Source of the DNA: Acidimicrobiales bacterium
GTDB taxonomy: Bacteria > Actinomycetota > Acidimicrobiia > Acidimicrobiales > SZUA-35
Direction of reading: 5' to 3'
Length of the DNA stretch: 64,000 nt
Assembly (NCBI GenBank): GCA_047638695.1
Contig: JBLINY010000003.1
Location: forward strand, 21,035-85,034
Shown: in pieces, positions 46,608-56,364 of the stretch
How the letters are laid out: the number at the start of each line of letters is the position of its first letter
Position numbering within the stretch: the stretch's first letter is position 1
The notes under the pieces: model-generated
What the model was told of the DNA's origin: nothing
What the model saw: the letters and a program-made list of their open reading frames with translations, nothing else
Databases searched by the model: none
Position numbers and translations under genes: made by a program

Positions 46608-46766
46608 AGCCAGAGTTTGTTGGCTGCGTCGCCCCCCGTCCAAACCACGTCCAACAAGACGCGGCAGCTCCCGGCTCGATTTGCTCTACATCGAGCCAGG
46701 CCATCCCGTCCGTCAGCTGCCAGTTTCGGGTTGCGGGCCAGGTCGATCACGGCGCATAGTTCGCTG

Positions 46767-47333
46767 GTGTCACCCGCGAGCCCACCCCCCACCGACCGGG
46801 CAGCGGCGGTAAGGCGAGCGCTTCGAACGCTGGTGGCCGCTAACGGATTCCACGGCACCTCAATGAGCGCGGTGGCAACTGAGGCCGGCGTGGCCACCGG
46901 CACCGCCTATGTCCACTACGCATCGAAGAATGAGTTGGTGTTGGCCGCCCACGTCGAAGCCATGAAAGATCTCAGCGCGGCGGCGCTCGAGGCCGACGAC
47001 GCCCGGCTCGAACCAGCCATCCGATTCCGTCGGCTTTGGCTAGCCGTTTACCGTCACCTCACTGCCGATCCTGTTCGGGCCCGGTTCCTGGCCCAAGTTG
47101 AGCACTCGCCGTACGCCATCGAAGCCAAAGCAAGACGGCTCACCGACGTCGACCCGCTCCTCGATCTGCTGGCCTCGCCAGTCCTAGATGAGTTCGTCGC
47201 CGACCTCCCACTGTCGTTTCTGCACGATCTTGGGTTCGGCCCGTCCATCAGACTGGCTGCGAGCGACGTCGAGCTCACCGAGCCGACCCTCGACCGCCTG
47301 GTCGAGGCGTGTTGGCGCTCCATCACCGCCTAG
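46767..47333 (+). CDS. TetR-family transcriptional regulator
   Basis: HTH segment GFHGTSMSAVATEAGVATGTAYVHY. GTG 46767 gives a typical 188-aa length. Divergent from the DDN-like gene. Confidence 0.75.
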   Translation: MSPASPPPTDRAAAVRRALRTLVAANGFHGTSMSAVATEAGVATGTAYVHYASKNELVLAAHVEAMKDLSAAALEADDARLEPAIRFRRLWLAVYRHLTADPVRARFLAQVEHSPYAIEAKARRLTDVDPLLDLLASPVLDEFVADLPLSFLHDLGFGPSIRLAASDVELTEPTLDRLVEACWRSITA

Positions 47334-47415
47334 GCCCGGCCCCAAAGACTCTCCTCAGAATTCGCCCCAAAAGACTGTTGGCAAGGCTTCGTTCAGTAGA
47401 GGAGGATGGTCGCAC

Positions 47416-47815
47416 ATGACTGACGAGCTTGTCTACGACGTCCAAGGCCGGCAGAGCGCGCGGCGGGACCTGGCTGCTGCCTCGAATCTTTGGCTTCTCG
47501 AAAGCGGCGGAACTCCTCTTCACCGCAAGGACGCTCACCGCCAGCGATGCACTCGACCTGGGCTTGGTAAGCCAGGTGATCGCCGACGATGCGTCGCTCG
47601 ACACGGCCATGGCCCTAGCTGACGAGATTGCCGCCAACGCCCCACTGGCTATTCGCGCATCGAAGCGACCGATGCGTCACGCCATGACGGAAGGGCTGGA
47701 GGATCACGTGCAACGCCAGTACCTCGCGTTGCTGCCTCTGTTCGGAACGAAAGACTTCCGGGAGGGACTGGCCGCGTACCTAGAGAAACGGCCAGCATCG
47801 TTCGAAGGCCACTAG
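47416..47815 (+). pseudogene. enoyl-CoA hydratase remnant (internal deletion plus frame change)
   Basis: A GGAGGA RBS precedes ATG 47416, which gives MTDELVYDVQGR (a crotonase-like N-terminus). By about 47455 the homology (ARGGTWLLPRIFG... to the C-terminus) continues in a different frame. About 120 codons of the core are missing. Confidence 0.65.
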
Positions 47816-47824
47816 GGATCGAGG

Positions 47825-48934
47825 TCAGCCTCCGAGTTGCTGGAGTTCCTCGCTGCTCAAACATCCAAGGATCGCGCCCGCTATGGCAGCCTGATCTGGC
47901 TCCCCACCGGCGATGATTGTGGACATCATTTCCGACTCGGCGATCTTCTCATCGATACATGTCACCGAGTCGTCGGAGAGGAACACGCCGTCTTTCTCGG
48001 CCTCTGCCGCGATCACAGCGCCGAACTGGATGCAATCGAGCACTGGTCCGATGACGTCAGCCTGCACATCGGCCGGGAGGTCCTCGAAGTCGAGAGCGGG
48101 GTTATCCACGAAGGCGGCCCAGAAACTGTCCATCGACCCCGGAGTGCTGTAACCGTCTTCGACACACACAGGATCCAGAGCGTCGGCCATCGTGGGGTCT
48201 TCGCCCAGGGACTGACTGATCACGTCGGCGAACAAGAACCCGGGCAGGCACTCGCTCATGGTGTCAATCAGCGGCTGACGCGCCTCCGACAGAGGTTGTT
48301 CTTCGTTGCCAACGGCGATGAAGCCCAGAATGACAAGCTCACCCTCAGGACCCGAGAGCTTGCCCTCGAGACAGGTGCCCATCTCGTCAGGGGCCTCGAG
48401 CTCTGACCCCTCGTTGAAGCTCTGCACCATGAACCCGGCCATCACGCCTGGCTCGGTGCAGGCAAAGGAGATCTTCACAACTTCCGCCTGATCGGCGTCG
48501 CTGAGATCAGAGAACTCGTCGGCCATCATCACGGTGCCAAGCAGCCCGAGATCGTTAGCCAGCTCGTCGAGCACACATGCCTCGGCCTCTGGTGGGAAGG
48601 CATCCTCCAGAGTCAGCGCAGCTTGGGCCGCAACTTCGGAGGTCATGCCATCGCTTAGGTCGGGCGCCGCCGACTCGTCGCTGCCACCGTCTGAACTACT
48701 TGCTGTGTCATCGCTATTGCCACTGGCGTCGCCACCGGTGCTGCTGGACAACCCACCCGAGCTCGACTGGCCATTCGAGTCGGTGTCTGAGTCGGCGACG
48801 GTCGCTTCAGCAACAGTCGAAGTTGTCGTCTCCGGTTCACTGGTGATGGCCGCTTCGCCATCAGAACCGGCCCCGCAAGCGGAGGCCAGCAGGCCAAGAG
48901 AACAGAGCAGGACAGTGAGGCTGCGACGCGACAT
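47825..48934 (-). CDS. acidic secreted lipoprotein, function unknown
   Basis: MSRRSLTVLLCSLGLLASACG lipobox followed by a Ser/Asp/Gly-rich linker. Confidence 0.65.
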   Translation of the reverse strand: MSRRSLTVLLCSLGLLASACGAGSDGEAAITSEPETTTSTVAEATVADSDTDSNGQSSSGGLSSSTGGDASGNSDDTASSSDGGSDESAAPDLSDGMTSEVAAQAALTLEDAFPPEAEACVLDELANDLGLLGTVMMADEFSDLSDADQAEVVKISFACTEPGVMAGFMVQSFNEGSELEAPDEMGTCLEGKLSGPEGELVILGFIAVGNEEQPLSEARQPLIDTMSECLPGFLFADVISQSLGEDPTMADALDPVCVEDGYSTPGSMDSFWAAFVDNPALDFEDLPADVQADVIGPVLDCIQFGAVIAAEAEKDGVFLSDDSVTCIDEKIAESEMMSTIIAGGEPDQAAIAGAILGCLSSEELQQLGG

Positions 48935-49023
48935 GGTCGAGAGAATAGGCCTGAGCATCCTTGAGGTATTGGCACCGTTTCAACCGAGCCTTACCGTTGA
49001 TTGCCCAACTATTGATTTTTGGC

Positions 49024-49896
49024 TCAAAGACAGTGGGCAATGACTGAACTGGCCATCGCCGCTGGGTCTTCCATCGGCCCGAAATGGGTGAGGCCAGCAT
49101 GTTCTTGCAACACCGCACTTGGAATGGCCGAGGCAATCAGCGGCGCCACGGCTGCCGGGATGGCGTGAGGACCACCCGTGTTTGCTCCGCTCGCGACAAG
49201 CACTGGTGTGGTCACCGCTGTTAGTACAGCGAAGTCAAGCGGCTGGCCGCCTTCGAACACGCGAGCCTCATCCTCACCTTCGCATGTGAGCCGAATACCT
49301 CCACCCTCTACCGGTCGGGTACCAATTTCGACATACCCGCGAACCGCTTCGGGGTCGCACGTCGAGAACGGGCGTTTGGCCATGAAGTTGCCGAACGCGT
49401 CCTCGACCGAGTCGAAGTGCATCCGACGCTTCCGAGCCGCGTCGACCAACATTGATGGCCCGCCAGAGCGATCGAAGTCGCTCGGAATTACCACCGGTTC
49501 GAACAACCAGAGTGAGTGAAACGCTTCGGGTCGACGCACCGCTGCGAAGATTCCCGCCGCGCCACCGAGAGAATGAGCGGCGAAACGAATCGGGCCTTCA
49601 CCGATAGCAGCGGCGGCAGCGAACACATCCTCGGCCATGCGGTTGCGATCGACCGAATAGTTGGGGTCTGTGGGCCGACAGGCACCGTGGCCTCGCAGAT
49701 CGAGGCCGTAGCAGTGAAAGGAACCGACGAGATGCGGTAGGGCACCCCGCCACATCCCAGCATTTAGGCCATTGCCATGACACAACAGCAGCGGCGCACC
49801 CTCACCGCCAAAGTCATGGAGCGCGACGGGCTGGCCGTCGTCGCTCTCGATGATTTGGGTAGAACGTGGGGCCGGCGGGGTGAGCGACGGTTGCAG
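49024..49896 (-). CDS. alpha/beta hydrolase (start codon unresolved)
   Basis: Homology (TQIIESDDGQPVALHDFGGEGAPLLLCHGNG) extends 37 codons upstream of the ORF-track TTG start, right up to the TAG stop of the preceding CoA-transferase, which is in the same frame. There is no ATG, GTG or TTG in that stretch. Confidence 0.7.
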   Translation of the reverse strand: MQPSLTPPAPRSTQIIESDDGQPVALHDFGGEGAPLLLCHGNGLNAGMWRGALPHLVGSFHCYGLDLRGHGACRPTDPNYSVDRNRMAEDVFAAAAAIGEGPIRFAAHSLGGAAGIFAAVRRPEAFHSLWLFEPVVIPSDFDRSGGPSMLVDAARKRRMHFDSVEDAFGNFMAKRPFSTCDPEAVRGYVEIGTRPVEGGGIRLTCEGEDEARVFEGGQPLDFAVLTAVTTPVLVASGANTGGPHAIPAAVAPLIASAIPSAVLQEHAGLTHFGPMEDPAAMASSVIAHCL

Positions 49897-51081
49897 CTAG
49901 ACCACCCGCTTCGATCGCAGCTCTGCGATCTCGGCGTCGCTGTACCCCAGTTCGTCCAGGAGTTCGACTGTGTGTTCGCCCAGCTCGGGCGGCCGTCGCT
50001 GGATGCCTCCTGGGCTGGCGCTCATGTACACCGGGAAGTCGACGATCTTGGCCGGCTTGTCGAGCGTTGGATAGTCGACATCGGCCAGGATGCCGGTTGC
50101 GTTGATGTGTTCGTCGTCGAGCGCCTGCTGTGGGCTGTAGACGGGACCGCCGGGCACCTTCGCGGCTTCCATTGCCGCCAACACTTCGTCGTTTGACCGC
50201 GTGATGCACCAGCCGGCCATAACGGTCGAGAGGGCCTCACCGTTATCACCGCGAGAGAGATCGTCCTTGAAGCGATCGTCGTTCATGAGGTCGGGCTGGC
50301 CGACCAGCTCGCAGAATCGCTCGAACTGATAGGCGCCGATGACCATGCACATGATCCAGCCATCGCTTGTCTGGAAAACGTCGGATGGCCCTGCTGTCTG
50401 AGCTCGGTTGCCACTGGCCACCCGGTTGATCTGCAGCTGCTGCTGTTCCATCAGGTGAGCGTTGCTGACGGTGAGCGCTGTCTTCAGCAGGGCACCTTCG
50501 ATCATCTGGCCCTCGCCGGTGAGATCACGGTGACGAAGCGCAGCCATCGTGGCGAAGGCGGAAAGACCAGCGGTTCCAAAGTCGACGAAGGGAACGTTGG
50601 CTCGCATCGGAGCATCGGGTTCGCCAGTGACGTGAAGGGCGCCGGACATCGACTGGGCCAACCCATCGAAGCCAATCTTCGAGCTCATCGGGCCGCCGCT
50701 ACCAAAGGCGTTCGCCGTCGTGAGAATGATGTCGGGCTTGATCTTCTTGAGACTCTCGTAGTCGAGGCCCATCGTTACGAGTGTCTGAGGTGGCAAGTTG
50801 GCGACCACGATGTCGGCCGTGGCGATCAGCTTGTGCATGATCGCTTTCCCCTCGTCCTTGATGGGGTTCAGAGTCAAGCTACGCTTGTTGCGACCCACTT
50901 GAAGAAAGGTGGCACCGGTCCCATCGGTGGCGACCGGGGTGAGCCAGCGGTCTTCGCCGCCATCAACTCGTTCCACCCGAATGACGTCGGCCCCGAGGTC
51001 GCCGAGCAGGGTGGCGCAGAACGGCCCCGCTATGTAGCGGCCGAAGTCGATGACCCGTATTCCGTCGAGCACTCCAGGCAT
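49897..51081 (-). CDS. family III (CaiB/BaiF) CoA-transferase
   Basis: MPGVLDGIRVIDFGRYIAGPFC N-terminus. 394 aa. Confidence 0.88.
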   Translation of the reverse strand: MPGVLDGIRVIDFGRYIAGPFCATLLGDLGADVIRVERVDGGEDRWLTPVATDGTGATFLQVGRNKRSLTLNPIKDEGKAIMHKLIATADIVVANLPPQTLVTMGLDYESLKKIKPDIILTTANAFGSGGPMSSKIGFDGLAQSMSGALHVTGEPDAPMRANVPFVDFGTAGLSAFATMAALRHRDLTGEGQMIEGALLKTALTVSNAHLMEQQQLQINRVASGNRAQTAGPSDVFQTSDGWIMCMVIGAYQFERFCELVGQPDLMNDDRFKDDLSRGDNGEALSTVMAGWCITRSNDEVLAAMEAAKVPGGPVYSPQQALDDEHINATGILADVDYPTLDKPAKIVDFPVYMSASPGGIQRRPPELGEHTVELLDELGYSDAEIAELRSKRVV

Positions 51082-51150
51082 GTTCGCTTCCCCCTACGCT
51101 TGTTTCTTACAGGTTGGTTTCTTGAGATTATGTTCTTCAGTTCGTGTTGC

Positions 51151-51990
51151 TCAAGACTCATCGGTCCAGCGCATCAGGCCTTCCTGCATGCAGGTGGCGA
51201 CGAGGTCTCCAGTCTCGGTGTAGAAGCGGCCCGATGCCAATCCTCGGTTTCCTCCCGTCGATTCGACTGACTGATCGAACAGCAGCCAGTCGTCGGCGCG
51301 TGCCGGTCGATGGAACCACATCGAGTGATCGAGACTTGCCCCGCTGGCGCGAGGGTCCTGCCAACGCCGGCCGTGCGGCAGATGCACGTGATCGACCAGC
51401 GTCGCATCAGAGACATACGCCAAGCCCACATCGTGCAATCGCCGATCGTCAGGAAGACGGCCCTCGACTCTGATCCTGTTCCACATCAACTGGCTCTCGG
51501 TTACGGACTCACCTTCGCCAGCAGTTGGCGGGTTGACGTAGAGCGTCTCGATAGGTCGGACTTCACCAGACCAGACATCGTCGACGAGTCCAGCCCGTTG
51601 TCCCCGAGTGATGTCGTTGTAGTTCAGGAGCCCGTCACTCGGCCCGGCAACCGCGGGCATCACAGCTCCGGCGTAGTGGGGTCCGTCTTCTGGAACGTGG
51701 AACGAGAGCTGGGCAGTGAACATCTCGACGCCGGCCTGTCGTGCCACTACTCGCCGAACGCTGAACGATCGACCGTCTCGGGCTCGATCGACCACCATCT
51801 CGGTGGGCTCATCGACAGAGCCTGCCCGAAGGAAGAACCCGTGCAGTGAATGGACAAAGCGATCGTCGTCAACCGTTTGGTACGCCGCCATCAGGGCGTG
51901 GGCCAGGAACTGCCCACCGAAGACTCGACCGGTTGGTTCTGGGGCGGGTGGGGCGGAAAAGGTATCGACGCCGGTCGGCGTCAGACGCAT
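51151..51990 (-). CDS. tesB: acyl-CoA thioesterase II (TesB-like)
   Basis: Double hot-dog fold with VFGGQ and HSLHGFF motifs. Start set at ATG 51990, which overlaps the upstream small-ORF stop (TGATG). Confidence 0.8.
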   Translation of the reverse strand: MRLTPTGVDTFSAPPAPEPTGRVFGGQFLAHALMAAYQTVDDDRFVHSLHGFFLRAGSVDEPTEMVVDRARDGRSFSVRRVVARQAGVEMFTAQLSFHVPEDGPHYAGAVMPAVAGPSDGLLNYNDITRGQRAGLVDDVWSGEVRPIETLYVNPPTAGEGESVTESQLMWNRIRVEGRLPDDRRLHDVGLAYVSDATLVDHVHLPHGRRWQDPRASGASLDHSMWFHRPARADDWLLFDQSVESTGGNRGLASGRFYTETGDLVATCMQEGLMRWTDES

Positions 51991-52199
51991 CAGCGATTCG
52001 AACACTCCGACATCGTATGCAGCCAGTGGTCGATGGTGGCCTGATCGCGACGGCGCCCTGCCTCGAAGGTAGAAGCGGATAGGTCGCAGGCCTGCTCGGT
52101 CGGCGCACTGGCCGACATGATCATCGCTGACATCAGCCGGTGGGTCAGGTCGACAACCGGGTTAGTGGTGGTCGATGTGTCTAGGAAAGCGATGGCCAT
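51990..52199 (-). CDS. small hypothetical protein (69 aa)
   Basis: A strong AGGAGG RBS lies 6 nt upstream of ATG 52199. Codon third positions are GC-rich. Translationally coupled to tesB. Confidence 0.5.
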   Translation of the reverse strand: MAIAFLDTSTTTNPVVDLTHRLMSAMIMSASAPTEQACDLSASTFEAGRRRDQATIDHWLHTMSECSNR

Positions 52200-52269
52200 G
52201 ATTCCCCTCCTGGGGCGAGGCGGCTGATGCCGTCCGGTGTCGATGCACCGCCCAGTCTTGTAGCTACCG

Positions 52270-52289
52270 CCCCCCGCTGAATCGGGGGG
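52270..52289 (-). terminator. GC hairpin after the MBL hydrolase stop (possible terminator)
   Basis: CCCCCCG-auucag-CGGGGGG, 12 nt downstream of the stop. No U-tract. Confidence 0.35.
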
Positions 52290-52301
52290 AACCCCGATCT
52301 C

Positions 52302-53234
52302 TCAGGCCAGGCAGCGGGGCCGAGCGCCGCCGTTGAAGGCGATCATGTCGAGGATGGCCGTATCGATCCGGAAGTCGTCATTCTGACCGGCCTCCCGGTA
52401 GGCGACATGCAGGTTGCCTACCAGCCGCTCGCTATCGGTCCATTCGGCAAAGCGACCGAGGTCGGTGGCCTGGGCTTGCTCGAGCGGGGTCCGACCGGCA
52501 GCGATGCCTTCGGTGGCCCGCTCCTGCACAAACCCGAGGTATTGCCGCTGATCATCGAGAGCCGCAGCAATGGCGGCACCGGTCGCAACCGGTCCGTGGC
52601 CGGGAACGAGGACATCTGCCTCGAACGAAGCCAGGTGATCCATGGCTGTGATGGTGCCGGACACCGAGCCGAACAACGAGAACGGCGTGCCCCCATGAAA
52701 AACCAGGTCGCCGGCGAAGAGGACTTTGGCATCGGCTACCCACATGATGACGTCACCCTCGGTGTGAGCCACGTAGCCGAGGTCGCTCAGCGTGAGCGAA
52801 CGATTTCCTGCGTAGAGCTCGAGCGACCCAACGAATGTGAGACTGGGTGGAGCGAACTGGAGGTCTCCCCATTCGACATCGGGAAAGGCAACCGAATAGT
52901 CGCTAATGCCCCCGGCGGCCATCATCACTTCGCGACACTTCCGGTGGGCCACGATGGTCGCGCCAACAAAAAGGTAGTTGCCGTGCGTGTGATCACCATG
53001 GTGGTGAGTATTGATCAATGTGCTGATCGGCTTGTCGGTTACCGATCGGATGGCGTCGAGGAAGGCCCGAGTGCGAGCCTCCGTCGAGGTGGCGTCAACG
53101 ACCACAACTCGGTCCTCGCCGACAACGAAACCGGTGTTGTTGATGAACCAGGTGCCGTCGGGCTGAACGTAGGAATAGATGCCGTCGCCAACTTCAGTGA
53201 GGATCGGCGGTGGCAGTTCGTGATCATGACCCAT
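52302..53234 (-). CDS. MBL-fold metallo-hydrolase
   Basis: Start at MGHDHELPPP. HHHGDH metal motif. The ORF-track N-terminal 174 aa were rejected because they overlap the divergent gene. Confidence 0.85.
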   Translation of the reverse strand: MGHDHELPPPILTEVGDGIYSYVQPDGTWFINNTGFVVGEDRVVVVDATSTEARTRAFLDAIRSVTDKPISTLINTHHHGDHTHGNYLFVGATIVAHRKCREVMMAAGGISDYSVAFPDVEWGDLQFAPPSLTFVGSLELYAGNRSLTLSDLGYVAHTEGDVIMWVADAKVLFAGDLVFHGGTPFSLFGSVSGTITAMDHLASFEADVLVPGHGPVATGAAIAAALDDQRQYLGFVQERATEGIAAGRTPLEQAQATDLGRFAEWTDSERLVGNLHVAYREAGQNDDFRIDTAILDMIAFNGGARPRCLA

Positions 53235-53252
53235 GGCGGCCAAGCTAGTGGC

Positions 53253-53729
53253 ATGCCGCCAATCACAAAATCGGAAGAGGCCGGGATAACCGACCAATTC
53301 GAGTTTCGAGTCGACCCGACTGCGGTGATGCTCTTCGCTCGATCCCTGGGCGATGACCGAGCCGAATACGTGAACGGCGATGTAGTACCGCCGACCTTCT
53401 TCCAGTCGAGCGCCCACTACGAACCGGACTATCCGCTCGACTTCTTGCGACCCGGGTGGCAACCGAAGACAACGCCTCGATATCCCGGCGCGGGAAAGAC
53501 GCTGCATGGCGAGCAGCGGTTCACCTACCACCATCCGGTTCGAGCCGGCGATGTGCTGGACGTCACCATTCGCAGCGGCGACCAATGGGAGAAGCAGAGC
53601 GGCCGTGGAGGTTCGCTTAGTTTTGTCGAGCAGGTCACCGAGTTCCGCAACGCCGATGGCGTGCTGTGTGTAACGGCCGTGAACCTCGGCGTGATACCCG
53701 AGATCAAACCGGGAGGAGATGGCCAGTGA
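53253..53729 (+). CDS. MaoC-like dehydratase, N-terminal-type subunit (HadA/UPF0336-like)
   Basis: Start at MPPITKSEE. Hot-dog fold, 158 aa. Overlaps the next gene (GTGA). Confidence 0.7.
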   Translation: MPPITKSEEAGITDQFEFRVDPTAVMLFARSLGDDRAEYVNGDVVPPTFFQSSAHYEPDYPLDFLRPGWQPKTTPRYPGAGKTLHGEQRFTYHHPVRAGDVLDVTIRSGDQWEKQSGRGGSLSFVEQVTEFRNADGVLCVTAVNLGVIPEIKPGGDGQ

Positions 53730-54157
53730 ACGACGCACCGAGCGAACCAGCAACACCGAGCGAGGGCGTGATCGAGGTGGGCTCGGCCCGCGAGCAAGTC
53801 GTGATCGAAGGCATCACGCGAACCCACCTCGTGAAGTACGCCGGCGCCAGCGGCGACTTCAATCCGCTTCACCACGACGAGGCATATGCCAAGGACCACG
53901 GGTACCCAGGGGTGTTCGGCCATGGCATGTTCACCATGGGACTGACCGCGAAGGTTGTTACCGACTGGTTCGGTCCTGCATCGGTGCGCAGCTACGGCGT
54001 TCGCTTCACTCGCCAAGTCTGGCCGGGCGACACACTGACGGCGAGAGCGGTGGTTACCTCGATCGACGGAGCGGAGGTCACGCTGTCAGTGGAGACAACC
54101 AACCAGAAAGGCGAGACCGTTGTTGCCGGCGATGCAACGGTGACGATCCCCAGCTGA
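53726..54157 (+). CDS. MaoC-family (R)-specific enoyl-CoA hydratase subunit (HadB-like)
   Basis: YAGASGDFNPLHHDE hydratase motif. 143 aa. Confidence 0.8.
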   Translation: MNDAPSEPATPSEGVIEVGSAREQVVIEGITRTHLVKYAGASGDFNPLHHDEAYAKDHGYPGVFGHGMFTMGLTAKVVTDWFGPASVRSYGVRFTRQVWPGDTLTARAVVTSIDGAEVTLSVETTNQKGETVVAGDATVTIPS

Positions 54158-54165
54158 GGGTCGGG

Positions 54166-55398
54166 TCAGCCGTCAGTTTTGCAGACGGCGACGGCGTTCA
54201 CCAGATCGGTGTGGGTGCCCATCAGCTCCATGGCTCGGGTGTAGTTGGTGTTTTCGATGGTCGGCGGCGCATCGGCTGAGCACGCACGGTCGACCTCAGC
54301 GTTCCAGTTTCGCTCGGACCGGTCGCGAACTTCAGGGGTGAACCAAGTCTGCAAGAGGTCGTTGTGAGCTTGCTCGTTGTCCCGCGCCACGGTGAGGGCG
54401 TCGACAGCAGCTTCGGACTCGACCAACATGGCCTCGAGTTCATCGATGTCGGCCGACGGTACGGGGCTCGGGACTACCGCAGCAGTGCTGCCGGTCGCCC
54501 CGTCCGTCGCCGGCACTCTCGTTCCCTGCGCATCGGTTGTGGCCGAAACAGCATCGGTTGTGCCCGAAACAGCATCGGTTGTGCCCGAAACACTGTCGGT
54601 CGTCGAGTTCTGGCTGTTCGCAAGAAACCAGCCGATGCCCAGGCCGACCGCAAGTGCAACGAGCGATCCGAGGATGGCCGGCAGCAGACGACTGGAACCG
54701 CCGGGGCCAGGCGTGGCTGGCGTTGCCACGCTTGTGCGAATGATCGGGTTGGCATCGACGTCCGCTGTTTGGACGAGCAGCGCCTTGTCTTCGCTAAGAG
54801 CGACCGACGGCATCGGCGGTGTTGGCGTTGGCGTTGCTGCCGGAGTCGGTGTCGGCGTAGCGGTCGGTGTCGCAGGCGGTGAAGCAGCCGGGCCAGGAGT
54901 GAACGAAGCGGTCGGCGTCGTCGGGCTGCCAGCCTGCGCCTGAGCAGCGGCTGCTTGCGATGCAGCGGCACGCTTAGCCAGCTCGGTCAGTTCGGTTCCA
55001 CGGCTGGGCAAGGGCCTGGCGAGGGTCGGTGATCCGGGGGAACGAACGATCGAGTCAACGGCGGGAACAGAGTCGATGGCGAGATCAGTGCCGACTGCCG
55101 GCGAGTTGCCAAAGATCCGCGGCTTCGATGCCGCTACCTCTTGCTCGACTGCGGTACTAGCTGATCGTGCAGGTTCAGATGCTGGGGCAGCAGGTTCAGT
55201 CGCGGGCGCCACATCTTCGACATGCTGGCCGCGCGAGTTGCCCGTCCACTCACGTCCGTTCCAGAAACGTTCGTCGGCCAACTTGAGCGGATCGGGATAC
55301 CAACCGGGGAACGGGCCATCCGGATCGGGAACCGACTCGCCCGCGGCAATGCCGCTGGTCGGTGCTGATGTGGAGTGTGGGTGTGAAGTGTCGACCAT
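54166..55398 (-). CDS. DUF2510-domain membrane protein with Pro/Thr/Ala-rich linker
   Basis: N-terminal PGWYPDP...RFWNGREWT, one TM segment (LLPAILGSLVALAVGLGIGWFLA) and an internal 7-aa tandem repeat. Confidence 0.65.
   Translation of the reverse strand: MVDTSHPHSTSAPTSGIAAGESVPDPDGPFPGWYPDPLKLADERFWNGREWTGNSRGQHVEDVAPATEPAAPASEPARSASTAVEQEVAASKPRIFGNSPAVGTDLAIDSVPAVDSIVRSPGSPTLARPLPSRGTELTELAKRAAASQAAAAQAQAGSPTTPTASFTPGPAASPPATPTATPTPTPAATPTPTPPMPSVALSEDKALLVQTADVDANPIIRTSVATPATPGPGGSSRLLPAILGSLVALAVGLGIGWFLANSQNSTTDSVSGTTDAVSGTTDAVSATTDAQGTRVPATDGATGSTAAVVPSPVPSADIDELEAMLVESEAAVDALTVARDNEQAHNDLLQTWFTPEVRDRSERNWNAEVDRACSADAPPTIENTNYTRAMELMGTHTDLVNAVAVCKTDG
54530..54592. repeat. 21-bp in-frame tandem repeat x3 (plus a partial copy)
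   Basis: gcatcggttgtg(g/c)ccgaaaca at 54530, 54551 and 54572. Encodes TD(S/A)VSGT-type heptads. Confidence 0.9.
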
Positions 55399-55450
55399 AG
55401 GTGTAACTCAGACCCCGCCAGCGTTCATTGTATCGCCCCGCTACCTCCGA

Positions 55451-56029
55451 CTACACGTCGGGGGCTAGATGCTCGGCTCTCTCGGTCTGGTACCGCTCGA
55501 TGGGTTGGAAGCCCGCCTGATCGCCGAACGTCTCGGTCGTCCACGCCATCAGGTCATCATCGTCAAGGAAAAGATCAACGGGGCGAACTTGAGGCTGCGT
55601 CACGTGGAATGGCGTTGCCGCATACACCTCGACACCATTTCCCTCAGGGTCTTTGAAGTAACACGACCAGGTGTTTCCGTGGGAGACCGGGCGGATGCCA
55701 ATGCCTGCTCCCTCCAACCGGTGGGCCAGATCTCGCACCGCACCGAGCGATCCTGCTCGAAAGGCCATGTGGTCATAGGGCCCCGAATGCTCATCGTCAC
55801 GAATGGGCAAGAAGGCCAGCTGATGGTGATCGTTTGGATCTTGCGACAGAAAGACGATCTCGCTGTCGAGCGGAGGGAGATCACCGCGATTCGGCAACTT
55901 CAACGGGCCCCGGTCGACGACCTCGAAGTGCAGGGTCTCGGTGTAGAAATCGATCATGGCTGCAAGGTCACGAACCTTCAGCACCACGTGGGAGAAACCC
56001 AGCCCGAGCCGTTCAGGAGTGGCGGGCAT
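55451..56029 (-). CDS. VOC-family (glyoxalase/ring-cleaving dioxygenase-like) protein
   Basis: 192 aa with a GFSHVVLKVRDL start and paired beta-alpha-beta-beta-beta modules. Confidence 0.75.
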   Translation of the reverse strand: MPATPERLGLGFSHVVLKVRDLAAMIDFYTETLHFEVVDRGPLKLPNRGDLPPLDSEIVFLSQDPNDHHQLAFLPIRDDEHSGPYDHMAFRAGSLGAVRDLAHRLEGAGIGIRPVSHGNTWSCYFKDPEGNGVEVYAATPFHVTQPQVRPVDLFLDDDDLMAWTTETFGDQAGFQPIERYQTERAEHLAPDV

Positions 56030-56316
56030 CAGACGACCGTGTCGACCATGGAGACCTGCATCTCCTTCACCGGGCTCTCGAACCCCTCGAATGCCGCTGC
56101 CCGCTCAGGTGAGTTGTTGTACTTCTCGAGCGCAGCGTCGAAGTCGCCCGTGTGACTCACCGACCAGACAAGTTCCAGGTTCTCCCGGTCAGCGTAAATA
56201 AAGTCGACGGTGAAGCCGTACTTCTCGCGCACCGCAACAATGTTGGGGATCCAGGCCGAGATGCGGTCGAGACCTGCTTCGTCAGCGATCGAATAGCGGC
56301 GCAGTTGAGTAGCCAT
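56029..56316 (-). CDS. small dimeric alpha/beta-barrel-like protein (NIPSNAP/ABM-like), uncertain
   Basis: 95 aa. Its stop overlaps the start of the downstream VOC gene. Confidence 0.45.
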   Translation of the reverse strand: MATQLRRYSIADEAGLDRISAWIPNIVAVREKYGFTVDFIYADRENLELVWSVSHTGDFDAALEKYNNSPERAAAFEGFESPVKEMQVSMVDTVV

Positions 56317-56364
56317 AGCGCCAACCTACGACTGATCTCGGCTGAGCATCAAGACCTAGCTCGG

